64,000 nucleotides of DNA. Source: Paenibacillaceae bacterium (lineage in GTDB: Bacteria; Bacillota; Bacilli; Paenibacillales; UBA4045). The notes below the pieces were generated by a model, which saw only the letters and a program-made list of their open reading frames with translations, was not told where the DNA came from and searched no databases. The translations under genes were made by a program, and so were the position numbers. This document shows positions 19,488 to 29,403 of the stretch, one piece after another (positions within the stretch are counted from its first letter, which is position 1; each line of letters begins with the position of its first letter). The stretch is taken from the NCBI GenBank assembly GCA_040880185.1, contig JBBDIY010000044.1, positions 12,970 to 76,969 of the forward strand, given 5' to 3'.

Positions 19488-20543
19488 ATGACCTTTAACG
19501 ATACATTCATCAAAGCCTGCCGTAAGCAGGAAGTGGATCAAGTACCTGTATGGTACATGAGACAAGCAGGTAGATACGACCCAGACTATCGCAAAATAAA
19601 AGAGAAATATACACTGCTTGAAATTTGCAGTCAACCGGAATTGGCAGCAGAGGTTAGCTTAATGCCCGTTAAGAAGCTGGGTGTAGATGCAGCTATTCTG
19701 TATTCAGACATTATGAATCCTGTAGCTTCTATCGGTATTGATTTTGACATTGTGAAGAATATTGGTCCAGTCATTCATAATCCGATTCGTAGTGTACAAG
19801 ATGTAGACCGACTCCAACCGATCGCAATCGAAGAGCATTTATCCCATGTCATCCAGACGATACGCATCCTTGCAGGTGAATTAACGGTCCCCTTGATTAC
19901 CTTTGCCGGAGCGCCGTTTACGATAGCGAGTTATTTGATCGAAGGGAAACCGTCTAGAAATTATTTGCTGACCAAACAAATGATGTACACCGAACCTGTA
20001 ACATGGTTTAAGTTAATGGATAAACTAGGAGACATGGTCATCGCGTATCTGAAGGCCCATATCGCTGCTGGAGCTAATGCAGTTCAATTGTTCGATAGCT
20101 GGGTAGGTGCATTAGCTCCAGATGATTTCAAAATTTATGTATTGCCTACGATTCAGCGGATTTTTCAAGCATTGTCAGATCTTCCACAGCCCAAAATATA
20201 TTTCCCCGGAGTTAGCTCTGGAGAGTTACTCCCTTCCTTAGTGAACATTCAGGCAGATGTAATCGGATTGGATTGGCGTGTATCCATTACTGAAGGTCGT
20301 CGCCGAGTGGGCTCGCGATTCGCGATACAAGGGAATTTGGACCCTACTGTATTAACCGCTCCAATGCCTGTTATTGAGAAGTATGCTAAACAAACAATAG
20401 ATCAAGGGTTAGAGCAACCAGGCTACATATTCAATCTCGGGCATGGTTTATTCCCTGAAGCTTCATTGGAGAAGCTAAAGGAGCTCACAGATTTTGTTCA
20501 CGATTATTCTAAATCCGTGATTAAAACAGGAGCAAAGGTCTAG
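19488..20543 (+). CDS. hemE: Uroporphyrinogen decarboxylase
   Basis: PVWYMRQAGRY signature, and GNLDP near the C-terminus. Confidence 0.95.
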   Translation: MTFNDTFIKACRKQEVDQVPVWYMRQAGRYDPDYRKIKEKYTLLEICSQPELAAEVSLMPVKKLGVDAAILYSDIMNPVASIGIDFDIVKNIGPVIHNPIRSVQDVDRLQPIAIEEHLSHVIQTIRILAGELTVPLITFAGAPFTIASYLIEGKPSRNYLLTKQMMYTEPVTWFKLMDKLGDMVIAYLKAHIAAGANAVQLFDSWVGALAPDDFKIYVLPTIQRIFQALSDLPQPKIYFPGVSSGELLPSLVNIQADVIGLDWRVSITEGRRRVGSRFAIQGNLDPTVLTAPMPVIEKYAKQTIDQGLEQPGYIFNLGHGLFPEASLEKLKELTDFVHDYSKSVIKTGAKV

Positions 20544-20569
20544 AGTTTATTAGAAAGAAGTGATGTCTA

Positions 20570-21511
20570 ATGTCGAAGCGGAGAATAGGCGTTCTAGTGA
20601 TGTCATACGGAACTCCAGAAAGTCTAGAGCAAGTCGAGGCGTACTATACCGATATTCGTCGTGGACATCCACCAACTCCTGCGCAATTGAAGGAATTGAC
20701 GAATCGTTACGAGGTGATCGTCGGTGGTGTGTTCCCACTTAGAGAGAATACGAATAATCAAGTAAAAGCTTTAGAAGACCAGTTGAATCTGGATCATCCC
20801 GAAATTGAGTTTAGCTGTTATCAGGGTCTTAAGCATGCTTATCCTTTCATTGAGGATGGCGTTTCACGTATGGTCGAGGACGGTATTACGGAAGCAGTTG
20901 GTATTGTATTAGCTCCTCACTACTCAACGATGAGCGTAGGGAGTTATATTAAGCGTGCTCAGGATGTCGTGGATCAACATGAGATCTCGATGAAATTCGT
21001 GAAAAATTATCATCTCCATCCCCTATTGATTCAGACGTTATCGACTCGGTTGACTGATGTGTTGGCCAAATTTCCGAAAACGCACAAGGACGAGATCCGA
21101 GTTATATTCAGTGCTCACAGCTTACCAGTGAAAATCATCGAGATGAACGATCCATATCCGGAGCAATTGTTGGAGACATCTAGAGCCGTTAGTGCAGCTA
21201 CGCATGTTGAGAAATGGCAATTTGCCTGGCAGAGCGCGGGTAGAACTGCAACCACATGGTTAGGACCAGACATTCTGGATGTATTGAGAACCTTATGCAC
21301 GGAAGAGCAGATCAAGCATGTAATCATCTCTCCAATCGGCTTCGTGTCAGATCATCTGGAAGTCTTGTATGATATCGATATAGAAGCACAGAAAGTTGCA
21401 CAGGGACTTGGCATGCATTTGGAGCGGACGGCCTCACTGAATACGGATCCGCTCTATATGAGAGTGCTTGCTGATAGTGTTATGAATCTAGTCGGAGATA
21501 AAGTCCGATGA
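20570..21511 (+). CDS. hemH: Ferrochelatase (coproporphyrin ferrochelatase type of Firmicutes)
   Basis: IGVLVMSYGTP start, FSAHSLP, and the PIGFVSDHLEVLYDID motif. Confidence 0.95.
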   Translation: MSKRRIGVLVMSYGTPESLEQVEAYYTDIRRGHPPTPAQLKELTNRYEVIVGGVFPLRENTNNQVKALEDQLNLDHPEIEFSCYQGLKHAYPFIEDGVSRMVEDGITEAVGIVLAPHYSTMSVGSYIKRAQDVVDQHEISMKFVKNYHLHPLLIQTLSTRLTDVLAKFPKTHKDEIRVIFSAHSLPVKIIEMNDPYPEQLLETSRAVSAATHVEKWQFAWQSAGRTATTWLGPDILDVLRTLCTEEQIKHVIISPIGFVSDHLEVLYDIDIEAQKVAQGLGMHLERTASLNTDPLYMRVLADSVMNLVGDKVR

Positions 21512-22974
21512 GCCATACTCAGAGTCGCATCGCCATTGCAGGCGCGGGGATTAGCGGTCTTAGCGCAGCTTATTATATTCAGAAATTCTGTCGGGACAAA
21601 GGAATAGACGCACATCTTACAATTATTGAGCCAAGTGAGCAGCTAGGCGGTAAAATTCGCACCTTGCATCGTGATGGATGTGTGATTGAACAAGGGCCGG
21701 ACTCCTTTCTAGCCAGAAAGCTACCTATGCTTGAGCTTGCCCTTGAGCTTGGTTTAGAAGATCAGCTTACTGCAACAAATCCACAGGCCAAGAAAACTTA
21801 TATCCTGCACAATCATAAGCTTCATCGTATGCCTGCAGGACTTATGCTAGGTATTCCCACACAGATTATGCCCTTCCTGCGAACCAGATTAATCAGCCCA
21901 CTCGGCAAAGCTCGGGCTGCGCTTGATCTCATTCTACCTAAGCGAACGAACAAGGGCGATGAGGCACTAGGAGCTTTCCTAAGTCGTAGATTGGGTTCAG
22001 AGGTACTTGAACACATAGCAGAGCCCCTCTTAGCAGGCATATATGCTGGGGATACGAATGAGCTAAGCCTGCAATCTACGTTCCCACAATTTCAAGTCTA
22101 CGAACAAGAGCATCGTAGCATCATCATAGGAATGATTCGTAGTAAGATGAAGAAGCCTTCACCAAATGAACAGAGCAAAGATACCCGCTCTAGTGATCAA
22201 GCACCATTATTGAAGCTAGCAAGTAGCTCTATGTTCTTAACCTTCAAGCAAGGTTTAACTACTATCGTGAATGCACTTTCTTCAAAACTGACTGAGGCTA
22301 CGATTCGAACAGGTACCGCGGTGAACGAAGTTTGTATGGTCGAAGGGCAATATATACTCACATTATCAGACGGTTCAGAACAGCCCTTCGATGCAGTTGT
22401 ATTAGCGGTCCCGAATTATGCAGCAGTACAAATGCTACCTAAACTCGCTGATGAGCATTCTCTTATCGATATCCCTTATGCATCAGTTGCTAATGTAGCT
22501 CTAGCTTATCGCAAATCAGAGCTCACCCTGACTTCAGATGGTTCGGGTTTTCTTGTGCCGCGAACAGAGGGTTTAACCATTACTGCTTGTACATGGACCT
22601 CGGTCAAATGGTTACATACAGCACCTGATGATACTGTGCTTGTTCGTTGTTATATAGGTCATTCCGGAGCTACTCATACCAAGACATACTCAGATGAACA
22701 ACTAACAGAATGCGTGAGAACTGACCTATTAAATACAATGGGGATTGAAGCAGAGCCTTTATTCGTAGAAGTTACACGGTGGAATGACTCGATGCCACAA
22801 TATCCAGTTGATCACCTAACTAAACTCAAGCAATTTAAGATGAAGCTTGAGGAAACCATGCCCGGTGTGTATGTGACTGGATCAGGATATGAGGGTGTTG
22901 GTTTACCGGACTGTATTGGTCAAGCGAAACATTGTGCTGAGCAGGTTGTAGCTGATTTAAGAAATAGGAGCTAG
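21508..22974 (+). CDS. hemY: Protoporphyrinogen/coproporphyrinogen III oxidase (HemY type, FAD)
   Basis: FAD dinucleotide fold IAIAGAGISGLSAAYY and GGKIRT. It completes the hemEHY order and overlaps hemH by 4 nt. Confidence 0.9.
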   Translation: MSHTQSRIAIAGAGISGLSAAYYIQKFCRDKGIDAHLTIIEPSEQLGGKIRTLHRDGCVIEQGPDSFLARKLPMLELALELGLEDQLTATNPQAKKTYILHNHKLHRMPAGLMLGIPTQIMPFLRTRLISPLGKARAALDLILPKRTNKGDEALGAFLSRRLGSEVLEHIAEPLLAGIYAGDTNELSLQSTFPQFQVYEQEHRSIIIGMIRSKMKKPSPNEQSKDTRSSDQAPLLKLASSSMFLTFKQGLTTIVNALSSKLTEATIRTGTAVNEVCMVEGQYILTLSDGSEQPFDAVVLAVPNYAAVQMLPKLADEHSLIDIPYASVANVALAYRKSELTLTSDGSGFLVPRTEGLTITACTWTSVKWLHTAPDDTVLVRCYIGHSGATHTKTYSDEQLTECVRTDLLNTMGIEAEPLFVEVTRWNDSMPQYPVDHLTKLKQFKMKLEETMPGVYVTGSGYEGVGLPDCIGQAKHCAEQVVADLRNRS

Positions 22975-22976
22975 CT

Positions 22977-23839
22977 ATGGAGCGTCAAGGAGAATGGCTG
23001 CTCGTTCGATTATCTCGAGAAATTGCAAAAGAACATATCGATGTAGATGCTTATCTAACTAACGAGCTTGGCATTCCAGCTGAATATGTTGCAAGAATGA
23101 ACAAGCAGAAGGACATAGAACGGACCGGAGACCGACTTAGGCTTCGGTTTTTTCCCATGCTTGAACTAGGATTTGAACCGGAGTGGATGGCTATTGATGT
23201 ACTATTCGAGGATGACTTCTGCCTCGTTGTGAATAAACCTGCGGGAATTCCCGTACATCCAACTGTGTCTCACGGTGGGGGTTCACTTGCTAATGCCATT
23301 GCAGCTCATTATGAGGCATCAGCACAGTCCTGTGCGGTAAGACATATTCACCGATTGGATGGGTGGACTTCTGGTCCGGTCCTCTATGCTAAGAATCCTT
23401 ACGCTCAATACCGATTGGATCAGGATATGCGGGATCTGATCAAACGTGTATACTTGGCTGTTGTCGAAGGTGTACCGATCAAGCGGAGAGGTACCATTCA
23501 CGCAGCAATCGGTAAGGACAGACATGTTAACGGGAAGCGCAGAGTAACCTTATCTGGTGATGATGCAATTACACATTATGAGGTCATCGATACTTATAAA
23601 GGGGCTTCTTTACTTAGACATTAGAAACAGGTAGAACTCATCAAATTCGTGTACATTTGAGTTACATCGGACATCCAATCCTAGGAGACGAGATGTATGG
23701 TGGTCCCTGTGAACACATTCAACATCAAGCCCTTCATGGGGAAAACCTCGGTTTCAGACATCCCTTTGACCGTAAAGAAGTTGTCGTTCAAGCTGAACTA
23801 CCTGAACACATAGTGAAGCTAATTGAATTACTCAGTTAA
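22977..23839 (+). pseudogene. RluA-family pseudouridine synthase, interrupted by a 1-nt frameshift
   Basis: Frame 1 (22977-23624) carries VVNKPAGIPVHP and the catalytic HRLDGWTSG, and ends at ...ASLLRH*. The adjacent frame opens at 23618 and reads LETGRTHQIRVHLSYIGHPILGD to 23839. The junction is confined to 23618-23621. Confidence 0.75.
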
Positions 23840-23908
23840 AATAATAGTCATGGTTCCCTTCCCTCTTCCATATATTTAAGAATGAACAAGCGGGGGAAGA
23901 AGGGAGGA

Positions 23909-24832
23909 ATGACAGTGGTTGAACAGAATATTGGTTTTCGATTTGATATTTACGAGCGGATCCATCTACCAGAAGGTATATTAGCGATACGTGATCTTGA
24001 GGAGATAGAGCTCATTCCTTATTTCCAGGGTATTCCCGGGGATGAGCAAACCCAACTGAGAGGCAATTTGCAGTTGACAGCCGTCTACGAATCTATTCAG
24101 GAGGGGACAGGAAAGCAAACTTTTATTCATCGTATTCCTGTTGAGATATCACTTCCAGTTCGCACCAATGATGTTTCAAGTCAGGAGATTCAAGTGAAGA
24201 TCGATCAATTCGATGTGGAATTAGTAACTGATCGGAGCTTGAATGTGACGGGCATATTGTCTTTAGCAGGTTGGGAGCAGAGCCGAACTGAAAGTTTTGA
24301 CAATCATTCAGAAGAGTTTTATGCAGAACACCAAGTGGAAAGCGAAAGGACTTCAGAATATCAAGCTGCCCAGGAGCATGTTGAAGAGAAAGCTCAAGAG
24401 CTATTTAGCATGGGGAATATGGTAGAACCTGTTGCTCAATCTGAGGAATGGATTCAAGCTGAGGTCATCATGGATGATAACAAGGAAGAGGAGATTGAAC
24501 TATCCGAACAAGAGGTAGCTCCCAAGTTGGATATGAAGGTAGCAATCAAGCCACAGCTTCACACTGAAGCAGCCTTAGAAATCCTTTCGGATTTGCCAGT
24601 AAAGTCAGAGAAGGCTAACAATAGTCTTGAATGGAAACGATTATTCCTGGTGAAAGAGGAAGCCGTTCAATTTAAGCGAATGCGAATGTGTATCGTTCAG
24701 AAGGAAGATACTCTTCAGACGATTGCAGATCGATATGAACTACAACCGAGAGAGATTGCCCTATACAATCGACTTGGAGAAGTAGATGTCAGTGAAGGTC
24801 AGATCATCTACATACCCAAATCAAACGTATAG
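23909..24832 (+). CDS. spoVID: Stage VI sporulation protein D (spore coat morphogenetic protein, C-terminal LysM)
   Basis: The N-domain aligns by eye with B. subtilis SpoVID (GNLQLTAVY / GSLELTGEY, HRIPVEISLP / HCFPVDITIP, IDQFDVELVTDRSL / IDAFDYQLTDSRIL). The C-terminal LysM is IVQKEDTLQTIADRYEL...IYIP. The start is ATG 23909 or GTG 23915, after GGGAGG. Confidence 0.8.
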   Translation: MTVVEQNIGFRFDIYERIHLPEGILAIRDLEEIELIPYFQGIPGDEQTQLRGNLQLTAVYESIQEGTGKQTFIHRIPVEISLPVRTNDVSSQEIQVKIDQFDVELVTDRSLNVTGILSLAGWEQSRTESFDNHSEEFYAEHQVESERTSEYQAAQEHVEEKAQELFSMGNMVEPVAQSEEWIQAEVIMDDNKEEEIELSEQEVAPKLDMKVAIKPQLHTEAALEILSDLPVKSEKANNSLEWKRLFLVKEEAVQFKRMRMCIVQKEDTLQTIADRYELQPREIALYNRLGEVDVSEGQIIYIPKSNV

Positions 24833-24855
24833 ATTAACAACGATATAAGATGATG

Positions 24856-24877
24856 AGGTCGCCTCCGCGACCTTTTT
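24856..24877 (+). terminator. Rho-independent terminator
   Basis: AGGTCGC-CTCC-GCGACCT followed by TTTTT. Confidence 0.7.
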
Positions 24878-25294
24878 CAACGTATATGTTTTCGCTTAAC
24901 TTTCTTAAGTTGTCAACGGTGATCGTACTCGTTTAAGTATGTGCAAGTTGAGCCCAAGCGGGCGGATTTCTGAGCAGCTTGCACAATAAATATGATTTTA
25001 AAAGGTTAATTGATTGGCATCAATAGACGTTCATCAAAAATCCCAAATATACTAAGAAGAGGACGAACAGAATAAATACATCAAGTGGATTGGGAATAAT
25101 AATTGTCCTTACAAATTGAATGCAGATGAGAGGGAATAATACCCCCCTGATCGTTAATCGGTAACGGTACCACCATTGTTGCAAATCAGCCACCACCTTA
25201 TTAAATGATCTCTTATGTTTATGATGGGGACAGTCATGGTTATGCTGAGAATAGGAAAATACATAATACCCTTCTATATGTTACTTACATCATA

Positions 25295-25323
25295 TTGACT
25301 CCATTTCGCAACATCGGTATCAT
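25295..25323 (+). promoter_or_regulatory. Candidate sigmaA promoter for valS-folC
   Basis: TTGACT (25295-25300), a 17-nt spacer, then TATCAT (25318-25323). It lies only about 35 nt upstream of the valS start. Confidence 0.5.
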
Positions 25324-25360
25324 AAGGAGTAATAAAATTGGCTATGAATGAGGGTTTACA

Positions 25361-28027
25361 TTGTCTAATTCGAACATATCAAATACGAACACGAATCTTC
25401 CAACCACCTATGATCCAAAAGCAGCTGAACTAAAGTGGATTGAGTACTGGCGCCAAGGCAAATATAGTGAAGCAGGACACCGTAAAGATGCAAAAACCTT
25501 TACCATTGTGATCCCACCACCGAATGTAACGGGAATGCTACATATTGGGCATGCACTTGATTTCACTTTACAAGACATCATTATTCGTTCCAAGCGGATG
25601 CAAGGCTATGATGCATTGTGGCTACCAGGTAGCGACCATGCGGGAATTGCTACACAAACAAGAGTCGAACAGAATTTGCGGGAGCAAGGCATTAAACGCT
25701 ATGAACTAGGTCGAGATAAATTCGTTGAGAAGGTATGGGAGTGGAAAGAGCAATATGCCAATTCCATTCGGGAACAGTGGGACAAGATGGGGTTATCTCT
25801 GGATTACTCACGTGAAAGGTTTACTTTAGACGAAGGATTATCACTAGCTGTCCGTGAAGTTTTCGTGAAACTTTACAATAAAGGGCTTATTTATCGCGGG
25901 AAGAAAATTATTAATTGGGATCCGGCTACCCGTACCGCTCTATCTGATATTGAAGTAGAATTTAAAGAGTTACAGGGTAACTTATATCATTTGCAATATC
26001 CGCTTAAGGATGGTAGTGGCACGATTACTGTTGCGACAACCCGACCAGAAACGATGCTCGGTGATTCGGCTGTAGCTGTTAATCCAGACGATGATCGATA
26101 TAAACACCTCATTGGTCAGATGGTTATACTTCCTATCATTGGTCGAGAGATACCGATCATTGCGGATGATTATGCCGAGAAGGAATTCGGTAGTGGTGCA
26201 GTGAAGATTACCCCTGCTCACGACCCGAATGACTTTGAGGTTGGCTTACGACATAGCCTGCCACAAATTCTCGTTATGGATAAATCGGGTACGATGAATG
26301 AAGAAGCGGGACCTTATCAAGGACTTGATCGCTTCGAATGCCGCAAGCAATTGGTGAAGGACTTACAAGAACAAGGCGTACTCATTCAGATTGAACCACA
26401 TGTTCATCAAGTTGGTCATAGTGAACGAAGTGGCGCTGTCATCGAACCCTATTTATCCACCCAATGGTTCGTCAAGATGCAGCCCTTAGCAGAGAGAGCG
26501 ATCGAGCAACAGAAGTCAGGTCAGGGTACTCATTTTGTACCTGATCGTTTCGAGAAAGTTTATTTGCAGTGGATTGAGAACGTAAGAGATTGGTGTATAT
26601 CGAGACAAATTTGGTGGGGACATCGGATCCCGGCTTGGTATTGTCAGGATTGTTCCGAGATTACCGTCTCCGTAGATGAAGCAAGCTGCTGCGCACACTG
26701 TAAGAGTCCGAATTTACGTCGGGATGAGGATGTCCTAGATACGTGGTTTAGCTCTGCGCTCTGGCCTTTCTCAACACTAGGCTGGCCCGAAAAGTCAGTT
26801 GATTATGATCGTTTCTATCCAACGGGTGTACTCGTAACTGGTTATGATATTATCTACTTCTGGGTTGCGCGAATGATCTTCACCGCCATTGAATTTACAG
26901 GGGAAATTCCTTTCAAGGACGTGTTAATTCACGGTCTAGTTCGTGATTCAGAAGGACGTAAGATGTCTAAATCACTAGGTAACGGCGTTGACCCACTTGA
27001 GGTTATCGAGCAGTATGGGGCTGATGCGATGCGCTTCATGTTATCTACAGGGAGTACACCGGGTCAGGATTTACGTTTCCGTGAGGAGAAGGTAGAGCAG
27101 GCCCGTAATTTTGCTAATAAAATATGGAATGCATCGCGGTTTGCCTTAATGAATCTAGAAGGCTTCAGCTTACAGGATATCGATCTGTCGGGACCACTTA
27201 GTACGGCTGATCAATGGATCCTTCATCGCTTGAACGAAACTGCTCGAGAAGTTACACGAACGATGGATCATTATGAATTTGGCGAAACAGGTCGTTTACT
27301 ATATGACTTCATATGGGATGATTTATGTGACTGGTATATTGAATTTGCCAAGCTAAGCTTATATGGAGAGGATGCTCATGCTAAGAAGACTACACAATCT
27401 GTTCTCTTATATGTTCTAGATCATACTTTGCGTTTATTACATCCATTCATGCCTTTTATAACCGAGGAAATTTGGCAGCACTTGCCACATGATGGCGATA
27501 CGATTAGCTTAGCTGAATGGCCGGTCGCTCATGAGCTGCCCGAGCCTGTAGCTGCTGAAGAGATGCGTCAGCTTATGGACATCATTCGTGCCGTCCGTAA
27601 TATTCGAGCAGAAGTGAATGTGTCGATGGGCAAGAAAATTGAATTGATTATTAAACCCGCGAATGGGCAAGTTCTCGCAATCCTTCAACGTAATGAGGAG
27701 TACATCCGACGATTCAGCAATACCTCCTCCTTACTTATTGATCTGCATGCTGTCAATCCAGAGAAGGCAATGACTGCGATTGTAACCGGTGCTGAGCTAT
27801 ATTTTCCACTTGCAGGGTTGATTGATATGGCTCAGGAGATTATTCGATTAGAGAAGGAGTTAACGACCTTCCATGCGGAAGTAGAGCGGATTGAGAAGAA
27901 GTTAAGTAATGAAGGCTTTGTATCGAAGGCACCTGCTAAAGTGATTGATGAAGAGAAAGCGAAGCTACTGGATTATGCAGATAAAAGAGATAAAGTAATC
28001 GCACGAATCGCTGAGATGAGAGGCTAA
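25361..28027 (+). CDS. valS: Valyl-tRNA synthetase
   Basis: [14 protein letters not shown] (HIGH), KMSKSLGN (KMSKS) and a C-terminal coiled coil. It aligns along its length with B. subtilis ValS. It uses a TTG start after GAGGG. Confidence 0.95.
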   Translation: MSNSNISNTNTNLPTTYDPKAAELKWIEYWRQGKYSEAGHRKDAKTFTIVIPPPNVTGMLHIGHALDFTLQDIIIRSKRMQGYDALWLPGSDHAGIATQTRVEQNLREQGIKRYELGRDKFVEKVWEWKEQYANSIREQWDKMGLSLDYSRERFTLDEGLSLAVREVFVKLYNKGLIYRGKKIINWDPATRTALSDIEVEFKELQGNLYHLQYPLKDGSGTITVATTRPETMLGDSAVAVNPDDDRYKHLIGQMVILPIIGREIPIIADDYAEKEFGSGAVKITPAHDPNDFEVGLRHSLPQILVMDKSGTMNEEAGPYQGLDRFECRKQLVKDLQEQGVLIQIEPHVHQVGHSERSGAVIEPYLSTQWFVKMQPLAERAIEQQKSGQGTHFVPDRFEKVYLQWIENVRDWCISRQIWWGHRIPAWYCQDCSEITVSVDEASCCAHCKSPNLRRDEDVLDTWFSSALWPFSTLGWPEKSVDYDRFYPTGVLVTGYDIIYFWVARMIFTAIEFTGEIPFKDVLIHGLVRDSEGRKMSKSLGNGVDPLEVIEQYGADAMRFMLSTGSTPGQDLRFREEKVEQARNFANKIWNASRFALMNLEGFSLQDIDLSGPLSTADQWILHRLNETAREVTRTMDHYEFGETGRLLYDFIWDDLCDWYIEFAKLSLYGEDAHAKKTTQSVLLYVLDHTLRLLHPFMPFITEEIWQHLPHDGDTISLAEWPVAHELPEPVAAEEMRQLMDIIRAVRNIRAEVNVSMGKKIELIIKPANGQVLAILQRNEEYIRRFSNTSSLLIDLHAVNPEKAMTAIVTGAELYFPLAGLIDMAQEIIRLEKELTTFHAEVERIEKKLSNEGFVSKAPAKVIDEEKAKLLDYADKRDKVIARIAEMRG

Positions 28028-28032
28028 TTCAC

Positions 28033-29403
28033 ATGGGAGACAATACGAATACAGATTACTTCTCTACGTATCAAGCGGCGGTGAATTGGATAACGGAGCT
28101 TATTCCTTTCGGGATTAAGCCTGGTTTGAAACGAATGGATTATATGATGGAACAGCTGGACAATCCCCAACGTCGCTTGAAGTTTATCCATGTTGCGGGA
28201 ACGAATGGTAAGGGATCAACCTGTGCTTATCTGACTAATGTTCTGATCCAGAGTGGGTATACCGTTGGATCATTCACATCACCTTATATTACGAAGTATA
28301 CGGATCGGATTCAGTGCAATGGCGAGGATATTCCTGAACAGACGGTGAAGGAAATCGTCAATCAATTAAAGCCAATCGCTGATGAGCTAGCCTTAACGGA
28401 GCTTGGCGCACCAACTAGCTTCGAGATTACTACAGCGCTTGCTCTCGTATACTTTGCCCGACATGCTTATCCTGATTTTGTAGTTATGGAGACTGGACTT
28501 GGTGGCAGATTAGATTGTACGAATATCATATTCCCGATTGTCTCAGTGATTACGAATATAGGTCATGATCATATGGATATATTGGGTGATTCACTAGAGA
28601 AGATCGCCTTAGAGAAGGCTGGAATCATCAAAGCTGGAGTTCCCATTGTCAGTTCTGTGGAGCAGCCTGAATTAATTGAGCTATTAGAGGGAATTGCTAG
28701 GAGTAAACGAAGCACGATCTACCAGTCGGGCAAGGCCTACACCTATCAATTGGACGATGTACGACTCGATCAGCTAACGTTCTCGTTCACGGGTCCATTC
28801 CGTACGATCAATCCACTTACGATTTCGCTGAATGGGGAACATCAGGTTAAGAATGCTGCTGTTGCCATGATGACACTCGAGGTTCTAAGACAGTATTATG
28901 CTGTCATTATCGATGATGAGAATCTATTAGCAGGATTAATGGGGACGAAGTGGCCTGGCCGATTAGAGATGGTGCAACAAAACCCGCGGATCGTCATTGA
29001 TGGCGCCCATAATCCGGAAGGTGCTGAGACATTAACGAAGGCATTATCCTCCATTTACCCATACGAAAAGCTTCATTTTATGATGGGAATGCTATCGACA
29101 AAGAATCATTCTGAATATTTATGGCATATACTACCTATTGTGGATACATTGATCGTTACTGAACCGGTTTTTCGTAAAAAGATGGATGCCAGCCTACTAG
29201 CTGAACTGGTGGAGCAATTGAGAACCAGTCGTGCAAAGCCAGGGTTGCAGGTGATCGTTGAACCGGATTGGCAAGAAGCATTGAGTAAACTGAATGAGCT
29301 TACAAGTAAGGATGACCTTGCAGTAGTATCCGGCACCTTATACTTAATTTCTGATGTACGTTCCTGGATATTGAATCATAAGACAAGTGAAAAAGGCTGG
29401 TGA
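28033..29403 (+). CDS. folC: Folylpolyglutamate synthase / dihydrofolate synthase
   Basis: HVAGTNGKGST P-loop and Mur-ligase-fold motifs. valS-folC synteny. Confidence 0.9.
   Translation: MGDNTNTDYFSTYQAAVNWITELIPFGIKPGLKRMDYMMEQLDNPQRRLKFIHVAGTNGKGSTCAYLTNVLIQSGYTVGSFTSPYITKYTDRIQCNGEDIPEQTVKEIVNQLKPIADELALTELGAPTSFEITTALALVYFARHAYPDFVVMETGLGGRLDCTNIIFPIVSVITNIGHDHMDILGDSLEKIALEKAGIIKAGVPIVSSVEQPELIELLEGIARSKRSTIYQSGKAYTYQLDDVRLDQLTFSFTGPFRTINPLTISLNGEHQVKNAAVAMMTLEVLRQYYAVIIDDENLLAGLMGTKWPGRLEMVQQNPRIVIDGAHNPEGAETLTKALSSIYPYEKLHFMMGMLSTKNHSEYLWHILPIVDTLIVTEPVFRKKMDASLLAELVEQLRTSRAKPGLQVIVEPDWQEALSKLNELTSKDDLAVVSGTLYLISDVRSWILNHKTSEKGW

Noticed and set aside
19323-19634. 103-aa minus-strand ORF overlapping the hemE start
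   Set aside because: It overlaps the hemE promoter, RBS and first 49 codons in antisense. It has no SD and no recognisable domain. It is a shadow ORF.
20550-20742. ORFs 20550..20738 (-) and 20560..20742 (+) around the hemH start
   Set aside because: They are alternative-frame overlaps of the well-supported hemH reading frame.
25160-25185. T-box-like core TGGTGGTACCG on the minus strand upstream of valS
   Set aside because: It is in the wrong orientation for valS and has no gene downstream on the minus strand. No convincing terminator/antiterminator or specifier stem lies around it. It coincides with a WWY-coding stretch of a possible small ORF, so it is probably coincidental.
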